Positions 20,801 through 29,927 of a stretch of DNA of 32,000 nucleotides are shown here, piece by piece. The stretch lies in assembly GCA_054661495.1 (NCBI GenBank), contig BAAFSQ010000011.1, positions 30,001 through 62,000 of the forward strand. Reading direction: 5' to 3'. The number at the start of each line of letters is the position of its first letter. Position 1 is the first letter of the stretch. Made by a program: the position numbers and the translations under genes. The stretch comes from Zygophlyctis sp. KS116 (taxonomy: Eukaryota > Fungi > Chytridiomycota). A model generated the notes under the pieces. That model did not search any database, was not told the DNA's origin, and saw only the letters and a program-made list of their open reading frames with translations.

Positions 20801-23800
20801 TCGTCTTCGAGAAGTCCAGCATCAATTTGATGATAAAGATCGCCTCGCTACTGCTGAACGTAAGCGTATAGAAGGCCAGTTGGAATTAGCTCAAAAGGAA
20901 ATGCAATCTACTCGAAAACAATTAAATGATATAATGGATGAACATAGATCTATGTCCGCACGCCATGATATTGAATCGAAGGAGGCCCAATCTAGGATTG
21001 AAACATTGTCTACCTCCCTTGAAAAAGCCAGAGGAGAGTTAAGCCTATCTCAGAATAAAGAATCTAATCTCAATGAACGTTTGCATGAAGTCAATGCTAG
21101 ACTTAAAGCCGCTGAAGAGAAGTTGTCGATATATGAGGGAAGAGCCCGGTTAATCTCTCAGTCTACTGAATCTAACCCAGAAGATCGTGTTAAAACTCTA
21201 GAAATCAAGCTGAATCAAGCCAAATATGAAATAACTACACTTTCAGAGGAGCTTAAGATGGAAAAGGAACACTGTATAGCTTTTAAAGATATTGCTCAAG
21301 CAAGCGAAGAACGGTTGTCAGAAGTAAATAGCACATATGATCTGTATAAAGCCGAAACAGAAAGGGAGCTTGACCATGCGAAGCAAATGATTTCCGCATT
21401 GGAAATGGAAAAAGAAGAAATCAAAGAACGCCTTAATAGCACTATTCAAGAATTGACATCTTCCCAAGAAAAATTAGACGAGCAACAAGCACAATATTCT
21501 CAAAAAATTAAGGATCTGGAACATAATTTAGAAGGTGCTAAACTTAGCGAATCTTCTGCCCTAGGTCAATTTGAAACTTTGAGAGCTGACATCCAGCTTC
21601 ATTCTAAGATTGCTCGAGATGCTCAAGAAAATTATGAAAGAGAAGTTATGGCTCATTCTGTTTCACTTAAATCACTTACTTCAGCAAAAGAGGAATTAAC
21701 ATCTCTGAAAAATCAACTAGCAGAATCTGAGCAAAAGCTTTTCGTTTCAGAAAGGTCTTGGAATTCCTCTAAAGCGTCTTGGGAATTATTGAAAGCAGAA
21801 TATGAAAATCAACTTCAAGAGCTCAAGACGCGCTGTAATGACTTAACTGTTCAAAATACTTTATTACATTCACAATTTGAACAAATTCAATCAGCCCAAA
21901 GAAAAATTTCTCATAAGGCAGTGTCCGATATTATGGATGCATCATCTGTCGATAATTCACAAGAAGAATTGCGCGAAGTTATTCGATTTTTGAGAAGAGA
22001 AAAGGATATACTGCAAACTAAGCTGGAGCTATCTCTTCAAGAAGGCGAGCGTTCCACAGTACAATTGGAGCATCTGCAAAAGTCATTAGATGAAACTAGG
22101 GCAACACTGGATGAAGTAAATGATTTGATATATAATATTATAGGAGCGATCGAGAAAATCCGATCATCTTATTGCAGAAAGAAAACACAAGGAACTTTTA
22201 GATAAAATAGAACAGGCTAATCTGTTAAGAGAGTCTAATATTACACTGCGTGATCAATTAGAGGCAAGCAAAAACAAGCAGATTGACTTGGAGATACAAC
22301 TTCGTAACTCAAAAGAGGAATTGATCCCACTAAAAGGTAATTTGATAAAAAAAAATATTTTAGTTAGCCTATCAAAGTTTGAAGCAGATCTGAATGTTCG
22401 TAATGATGAGATAGAAGCTTTGCATCAAGATAATGCGAGATGGAAATTGCGGACACAGCAAATCTTGGAGAAATACGAGGTAAGCAATTACTTATCTAAC
22501 TTTCAGCGTATTGATCCTGTCGAACATGCCAGGCTTCAGAGTGAGAATGAGGCCCTGAGAACAGAAATAAATGAATTGAAAAAAAACTCAGATGGGATGA
22601 TGTTGAAGTTGAAGGAGGTTGAAGAAAAGGCTAAAAAAATTGAAAATATATCTATGAATTATAAAAGCTCATTATCAGACAAGTCTATCGAAATTTTGGA
22701 AAAAGAAGGGGTCATTAACAAATTAAACGAGGAAATTAAAGTGTTGAAGAGCGGATCAAAGGTTGAAGAATTGGTTCGTTATGTTTTTTCTTAACTTTAA
22801 AGGCTCGTGCGACTCAAGAAATTGACAAGTTGAAAGCTGATAGACAAAGTCTAGTTCAGCGCTCAAATGAGAACACAACTAAAGCTCGCCAAAAGAATGT
22901 AGATTTGCTGAATAAAAATAAGGAGCTTGAGAAACAAATAGTTGATCTGCAGGTATTTTTTCAGGAATTGAATTATGTAGAATAAGATCAAAAGTTTCCC
23001 ATCTTCTGCCGAAACTGCTGAAAAGCAACAGAAGGAAATGAATGAGTTAAGTAAGAACATTCGCGCAGAAATGGATCAATCATGGCAGCACAAACTTTCG
23101 AGTTCTCAAAGGCAGACAGAAGGTTACAAAAAGATGGCATTAGAATTGGAATCTAAACAGCTTCAATTAACTGAGGATCTCTTGAATCTGCGTAAGAAAT
23201 ATCAAGAGCTTTATGTATCTCAAATGTCGGAGAAGGTTGAGCCTACTACCCTTGATCAGCAGCCATCTGTGTCGGGAAAGCGGCCTCGAAATTCTAAAAC
23301 AGTTGAAACTGGTGACGATGATTCAACTGCTAAATTAGAAAATTCAGGTGAATCAGGACCTCCATCTACAAAAAGACTAAGAATTGAAGCCGACCCTTTT
23401 ATTCCTAATATAAATCCTCCTGAACCATTGCAGATTCCTCCAATTGAACCAACAGAAGTTGACGATTCTAATAATCTGATTCAAGACGATACAATGGAAC
23501 TCGTTGCAAAAGATCTAGAGGAAGTGGCCGAGGAAGAAAGTTATTTGGAACTGATTGAAGAAAATGAAGATGATGCAGAGCCATATGAAGGAGAGATGGA
23601 GAATCAGACATTTATAGATGATGCCTTATATGCACCGGACGTGCAAGCTGATGAGGAAAATGAAGCACTATTACAATTCTCTGGTAATACACCAATGAAT
23701 AATTTCTAGATGATGAAATACAAGAAAACGAGCAACAAAGAGTAGAAGAGGACCGGTAATATTTTATTGGATTAACTATTCAGAAATGCTAGCCTATATT

Positions 23801-24673
23801 TCGTTGCGGATCAAGTTGCCAATGATGAAGTGTATTTTTAATTGAATTTTTATCATATAGCCTTCTTGAACTTGATGACGATGAAGAAGAAGTTGCAGAT
23901 GAAAAGATTGAAGACAAGAGGCTAGAATCTGAAACTGGAATAGAAACTACAAATGTCGATATAGTCAAGGAGCAGGAAGAGGAGTTTGAAGAAAATCCTC
24001 AAGTTGAAGAAGTCCTGGATGAGACTCAGGGCTCAGCTGAAGCTGTTCCCGCCGAGCCTCTAACTATAGTTACAGTTATTTCAAAGGGTGAACCCTCCAA
24101 GCGATCAATATCTCCAATTCGTCCTCCTGCTGTTCCTCCTGCTGTTGTTTGTGCTGTTCCTCCTGCTGTTGCTCCTGGTGCTACACCTGATGTTCTTCCT
24201 ACTGTTGCGCCCGGTGCTGCACCTGATGTCTCTCCTACATCCAATGATACTATTATCAAGCCCATTTCACCAATATTACCACCAGCAACTATAATATCTC
24301 CCATAGGTGCCCCATCTGGATCTAAAGTAATTATACAGCGAGACGCAATACCTGAACAAACTCTTGCTCCTCCTGCAAAACCAGTTGAAATGACTATGCA
24401 AGCTCGAGCTGATTTACTTCGTCAAAAGCTCCTTCAAGAAAAGGCAGTTAAAGGCGCTTCTGGAGAAAAAAGTAAGCCTCGTATTACTCGAAGTAATTTA
24501 AATTTTCAAAATAATTTTTAGATCCATCTGGAGCTATAATTGCTAATATTAACAGACTTGTCTCATCTACTCCTACGACCACCATCCCAACTGATGGCAC
24601 GAGGGGCGGCCGAGGGGGAAGGAAGCCTGGAAGAGGCGGACAACGAGGACGTGGCCAGAGGGGAGCACATTAA
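17830..24673 (+). CDS. Nuclear basket nucleoporin TPR/Mlp1
   Basis: NNEWLNQEL, LSPSAAAVSRLEKSGKTFTEIY, ISEKLVVFRNIEELQNQNQTL, AQENYEREVMAHS, QNTLLHSQFE, ELREVIRFLRREKDIL, LLRESNITLR, KYERIDP; acidic/Pro-rich tail ending in RGG repeats. 15 introns: 18865-18892, 19037-19065, 19387-19411, 19484-19509, 19790-19816, 20359-20387, 22116-22143, 22337-22363, 22480-22506, 22774-22802, 22953-22980, 23684-23709, 23756-23783, 23832-23860, 24493-24521 (25-29 nt). Confidence 0.9.
24123..24240 (+). repeat. Coding degenerate minisatellite (PPAV / APGAxPDV units) in the TPR tail
   Basis: Repeated CCTCCTGCTGTT and GCTCCTGGTGCTACACCTGATG-like units lie in frame within TPR. They explain the spurious ORFs 24026-24304 and 24088-24294. 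Confidence 0.7.
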
Positions 24674-24798
24674 GATTTGACTTTTAAAGGAGTTGATTAT
24701 CGTTGAAGATCAGCTCTAAATTCTAAAAATATAAGGATCAATAATAATTTACAATCTAAGATATCAGTTATAAGTAGGTGTGAGGGCAAAAGAATTTC

Positions 24799-26358
24799 AT
24801 GCTCGTACCATTAACTCCTCTAGAAAACCGCATTATCAAGCTGTTGCTCAATTGTATTCATGATAAGCAGCTTCCAGCAACACTTCGAATTGCTGGAGGA
24901 TGGGTAAGAGATAAGTTGCTTCGGATTGAGAGCCATGATCTTGATATTGTTGTTGATAAAATGAATGGACTGGACTTTGCATCAGTGCTAACAGATTACA
25001 GCAAATCTAAAAAACTTGAAATTGGTTCTATTGGAAGGATAAAACCAAATCCAGACAAATCAAAGCATTTGGAAACGGCAACACTCACACTCTTTGGGAC
25101 GGATGTTGATTTTGTGGGACTGAGGCATGAGATTGAATATACTCCAGAATCTAGAAATCCGGCAGTAGTTATTGGTACTCCAGAGCAAGATGCATTCAGA
25201 AGAGATATAACGATAAACTCTTTATTTTATAATATTCATTCGCAGGAAATTGAAGACTTTACGGGAAAGGTAGTAATCTGAAACTTAAAATAACAGGGAC
25301 TCAAAGATCTTGAATCAGGGATCATTAGAACACCGATGCCTGCATTCAAGACATTTAGTGATGATCCGCTAAGAATTTTAAGAGTTATTAGATTTGCTAC
25401 AAGATTCAATTTCAAGTTGGATGAGGAAATAAGAGATGCCGTAAAGTTTTCTGAAATTAAAGATGCATTTAGCAAAAAAATTACAAAAGAAAGGATTGGA
25501 GTTGAATTAGAGAAAATGTTGACTGGTGCAGATCCTGTTGGAGCTATACGTATACTAGTAGAATTTGGATATTATGATGCTGTTTTTGAATACCCTTCTG
25601 ATTATAAAGAAACTAAATTTCAAGATCCAAAGTCTGTTTTACAGTTGACTTCAATTATAAATTCAATATTGCATAAAAGCAAAATTCTTTTGGAATGGCC
25701 AATTGAAAAACTTGGAATACAATTCCCATTAGACAAAGAATTAGAAAAAAGATTATATCTGGCATGTTGTATTTCTCCATTTCTTGGCATGACTACACAA
25801 ACTAGTAAATCTAAAAACATTTTATTAGGAAAATGGATGATTCTAAATTCTATTAAACTTGGTAATTATGATGCAGATCAAAGTTCTACAATGGTTGAAA
25901 TGTCTGATTTAATACAGAAATGGGTCAATAGGGAAATTGAATACACTCCTGAATATAGAAGAGATCTTGGACTATTTATTAGAAATCTTGGTAATATTAA
26001 AAGCTTGGGAGATCATTGGCCTTTTGGAATATTTTTTGCAATGATTTTAGAGATTAAACAGGCTAGTAGTGGAATATATTTTCAAGAGATTGATTTTCAA
26101 GACTCTAAAATTTCAGAAATATCTTCAAAATACAAGAATTTTATGGATGGTATAGTCAAATTATCTCTTGAAAGAATTCATTTAGAAAAACATTTATTGG
26201 ATGGAAAAGTTGTTTTAAAGGCTCTAAATTTACGACCAGGACCATCAATTGGAGAAAATTTAGATAAAGTTATGGCCTGGCAGCTGGAGAATCCAGATGG
26301 TAAACCCAATGATTGTTTAGAATGGCTCGTCTCTTCAAGTCAGACAGTGAACAAGTAA
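24799..26358 (+). CDS. CCA1: tRNA nucleotidyltransferase (class II CCA-adding enzyme)
   Basis: LRIAGGWVRDKLL..ESHDLDI, NPDKSKHLETAT, DAFRRDITINSLFYN, DDPLRILRVIRF, ERIGVELEKML. Intron 25270-25296 (27). Confidence 0.92.
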
Positions 26359-26407
26359 ATTGATTTCTGGCTTTAATAAAGCGTGATTTTTTGTTTGTTT
26401 ACGTAAA

Positions 26408-27529
26408 ATGTCCAAACCAGAGACAAAGAACAAGAACTTGGCTGTACATTTGATATCAGGAGGTATCGCAGGTGGCTGTGAAGCTCTTGCTTGTCATCCG
26501 CTGGGTAATTTCTGTACTTTAAAAGTAAAGACACTATCAAGGTTCGCTTACAAATCAGAGGAGAACGAGCGGCTCAAGCGTTGAGAAATGCTCCTGCTGC
26601 AGCTGCTGCAAAGGCTGTTAAAGTATGTATATTTGATGTAATGCATTAGCCTCAAAGCAACAATTTCATTGCTGTCGGATATCAAATCGCATCCAAAGAA
26701 GGATTTCTGTCTCTGTACAAGGGATTGGGAGCTGTAGTCTCTGGGATTGTTCCTAAAATGGCAATTCGGTTCTCATCTTTTGAATTTTACAAGGAAAAAT
26801 TGGCTGATTCTAGTACTGGACAAACTAGTACTGCTGGAATATTTCTTGCTGGTTTGGGAGCAGGAGCGACAGAGTCTGTTCTTGTAGTTACTCCTATGGA
26901 TGTCATAAAAATTAGACTACAATCTCAGCGTCATTCTCTATCAGATCCTCTTGATATTCCAAAGTATAGAAATGCAGGGCATTGTGCGTATGTGATTGTT
27001 AAAGAAGAAGGATTTGGGGCATTATACAAGGGAATTACTCTTACTGTTTTGAGACAAGGGACAAATCAAGCTGCTAATTTTACAATGTATCAGTATCTTA
27101 AAAAGAGATTGGGGGATGGTGCACCACTTGATGGTAATGGAAATCCTATACTTCCTTGGTATCAACATTTAGGAAGTGGATTTATATCTGGTGCTGCAGG
27201 ACCTCTTTTTAATGCTCCAATTGATACTATCAAGACAAGAATTCAAAAGAGCACTTCTACAGAGGCTGGATGGACTCAATTTAGGAATATAACGTCTGGA
27301 ATTTTGAAAAATGAAGGATTTTTAGCCTTTTATCGCGGTTTAACTCCTAGAGTATTAAGAGTAGCACCAGGTATTATAATTTTCATTTAAAATTATAGGA
27401 CAAGCGATTACATTTATGGTGTATGAAAAAGTATATTCATGGTTTACATCTGGTGGAATTAAAGTAAATCAAGAAGAATTAGAAAAAGCAGCGATTGATA
27501 ATACTGGATCATCTAAAGATGAGTATTAA
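26408..27529 (+). CDS. SFC1: Mitochondrial succinate-fumarate carrier (SLC25 family)
   Basis: CHPLDTIKVRLQ, GIVPKMAIRFSSFE, TPMDVIKIRLQSQRHSLSDPLDIPKYRNA, RQGTNQAANFT, NAPIDTIKTRIQ, PRVLRVAPGQAITF. Introns 26505-26530 (26), 26623-26649 (27), 27371-27398 (28). Confidence 0.92.
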
Positions 27530-27535
27530 AACTTT

Positions 27536-28123
27536 TTAAAAAGATCTTTGATAAACAGTTATTTGAATTTCTGGTACAGTTAAGAATCCAACTCTTGGTA
27601 CAAATCCTTCTAGTTCCCATCCCATTCTATCTACAAATTTTTGAAGAGTTTGAACAGGTTCATGAATTGAAAGAATTTTATGCCTTAGGAGATTAGAAAT
27701 CAATAAAAACCCAATCATCACGCCCAAAGATATTAAAGGCACAATTATTTTAGAATATTCAAATTGAAAAATTAGATTTTTTTGAGACAATACAGCAACA
27801 AAGAATGCACTAATACAACCCAAAATTATAAATACATGTACTATAATGAGTTTAAGAAACCTTGATGAAATAATTCTTAGAGCTTTATTACATTCAGCTA
27901 TTCCTATATTCCATCCTGGATCTAAATTATCAACATACCAATCTGGAATCGGTCCAATAGGAAATTCCCAAATTGGAACAAATCTATGTGGAAGTAATAG
28001 AGCATGATATGGAAATGCATGCGTTTGGGATAAACTTGGATCAAATGGCGATATTCTTGCAACAGATGCATTATAGCTAGGAGGGGTATCTGTGTATGCG
28101 GGAGGTTGAATTCTTACGGCCAT
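27536..28123 (-). CDS. Hypothetical two-TM membrane protein with tandem N-terminal PPxY motifs
   Basis: Intact 195-aa ORF. QPPAYTDTPPSYN at the N-terminus, then two hydrophobic segments (LIIVHVFIILGCISAFFVAVL; IIVPLISLGVMIGFLLI). Confidence 0.7.
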   Translation of the reverse strand: MAVRIQPPAYTDTPPSYNASVARISPFDPSLSQTHAFPYHALLLPHRFVPIWEFPIGPIPDWYVDNLDPGWNIGIAECNKALRIISSRFLKLIIVHVFIILGCISAFFVAVLSQKNLIFQFEYSKIIVPLISLGVMIGFLLISNLLRHKILSIHEPVQTLQKFVDRMGWELEGFVPRVGFLTVPEIQITVYQRSF

Positions 28124-28189
28124 TCTCTTTCAGTTAAAGATTTTAGGGTCTGGCCATCAAAAAAAAAGTACTAGGTCGTGCTCTAAGAA

Positions 28190-28639
28190 ATGGTGAAATT
28201 GGACATTTACAATCAACCGCAAGAGCCTTTGGAGGAATATGAATATCCGTTGGAAAAAATAACAAAAAGTTGGACTAAAGAATTATCGGGTATCTTATCG
28301 GAAGCGTCAAAAAGTTGTAAAAATGCTTTTAAAAGTGGTTTACAAGGAATTTCAGAGATTCCGACGCCGGAAATCCCAATTTTTATTAAAAATATTCCAA
28401 GAGATCTCAAGGAAATTCATGCACAGGATGAACCAATGGTGCCTAATATGCTTTATGTTTTGGCATCTGGTACAGGTACAGGAATCATGCTAAAAAAGAG
28501 TAAGAGCTATTATATAATATTAGGTGGGTTATTTTCTAGATTTACGATGCCTGTTTCAGCAATGGTTTTAACATTTTATTTTTTGTATCCAAAAACTAGT
28601 AACAACTTGATTGAAAAATACACAAAGAAATTCAGATAG
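28190..28639 (+). CDS. MICOS subunit Mic26/Mic27 (apolipoprotein O-like)
   Basis: KLDIY, EPMVPNMLYVLASGTGTGIM and SRFTMPV...FYFLYPKTSNN resemble fungal Mic26/27. Probable in-frame 24-nt intron 28500-28523 (GTAAGA...TAG). Confidence 0.6.
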   Translation: MVKLDIYNQPQEPLEEYEYPLEKITKSWTKELSGILSEASKSCKNAFKSGLQGISEIPTPEIPIFIKNIPRDLKEIHAQDEPMVPNMLYVLASGTGTGIMLKKSKSYYIILGGLFSRFTMPVSAMVLTFYFLYPKTSNNLIEKYTKKFR

Positions 28640-28778
28640 TTTACGATTGCAATTACTCAGACTGTTTTAATTGATGAATGTGATTGATCGCTAAAGGAAG
28701 CACTGATCTGATTACTAGTAGTTCTCTTGCTTTCTGAAAAATCATTAGTCAATCATAAACTTTATTGAGTTGAATTGT

Positions 28779-29762
28779 TTACTCTGTACTTGCTAAAACA
28801 TGTCCAGCGACAGCTGTAAGGGAGCTCATCAGACTTTCTTTGTCATGGTACTCCAATAATGAACGACGCGCAACTGGATCCAAAGCAGTTATGATTTTGG
28901 TACCTGTTTCATCATCTTTGATTATATCAAATAGTATTCTGTCCATTCCTTCACGTCCTATGGGAGGAGGCATTTTTAAGGCCATATGAGAGATACACTC
29001 TTTCAGAGTTTTTTTCTTTCTATTGTCCAGCGAGTCATAAAACATTTTATGATAATATATCATGTCTCTTGCCCTTCCTTTCCGATAATCAAGTAATTTC
29101 TCAAGCAAAAACAATTCATACGGGACACCACCAGTCCAGTACAAAGCATCTTTAGCCTCGTCAGAGTCATGCTACACTTGTATATTATTGCTTCAGGAGA
29201 CGATAAGCATTTCTCATCACCACAAAAACAGAGTTGTCATCGACTTTAAATCTCTGTTGAAGTTTATGGGGAGAAATCAGAGGAAGAAACAGAGAAGATG
29301 TTCCGGAGAAATCGGCAGAGGATAGACCTTTTCGGACAGAAAGAAGGGCTTCTTGTGACTTTCTAGCAAATGCAACTGTTGCTCTTAAGGATATCAATGG
29401 TAAAGAAGGGAATTCGGCATCTACTTCATTAATCGGTCGCTTTCTTGGGTTTGCCTGATGTTTGCTGGGCGACATTACTGGGATCATCAAATGCAAGATC
29501 TAAAATTTCAGTCTAATGTTTCAGAAAAGAGAAACTGATATGTTACCTGCTGTTTTTGCGGACGGCAGTGTGGAGCATGTCTTTCACATTTGTTATAAGT
29601 AAGATAAGAGAATGTTTATTGAAGAAATAATTTATCCAGCGCAGGAAAATCATTGATCAAATCTTCAAACAATATGATGGCCAAATCAACTCTGCATCCC
29701 CAACGCAACATTTCGGTGCAACCCAATACAATTCTATTGCCGTTTAAAACTTCATCATGCAT
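28779..29762 (-). pseudogene. Fragmented gene remnant, possibly Crinkler-like / P-loop NTPase-associated
   Basis: Three reading segments (29762-29547 with internal TAA at 29618-29616; 29499-29185; about 29170-28779) cannot be joined by 23-31-nt introns. The last contains YWTGGVPYEL (GxP-like lid motif). No Walker A motif is visible. Confidence 0.4.
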
Positions 29763-29810
29763 GATTTTACATGAATAGATTGTGTGAAATTCTTGCGATT
29801 GCGCTAATTG

Positions 29811-29895
29811 AGATGCCGATCATAAATCAATACTGAAGTCAACTTGAGATAATTCAGATGCCGATCATAAATCAATACTAAAGTCAACTTGAGAT
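29811..29895. repeat. Direct repeat, 2 x 40 bp (period 45, one mismatch)
   Basis: AGATGCCGATCATAAATCAATACT(G/A)AAGTCAACTTGAGAT at 29811-29850 and 29856-29895, separated by AATTC. Confidence 0.95.
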
Positions 29896-29927
29896 CTGAG
29901 AAAGTTCGCGTTTACTGGAAACTGGAA

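Noticed and set aside
28665-28743. Box C/D snoRNA (TGATGA...CTGA...CTGA)
   Set aside because: The boxes are present but the terminal stem is weak, I could not find an rRNA/snRNA-complementary guide, and the minus strand reads equally well as a splice acceptor of the adjacent remnant.
29811-29895. CRISPR-like repeat array
   Set aside because: Only two copies, a 5-nt spacer, a eukaryotic context and no cas genes.
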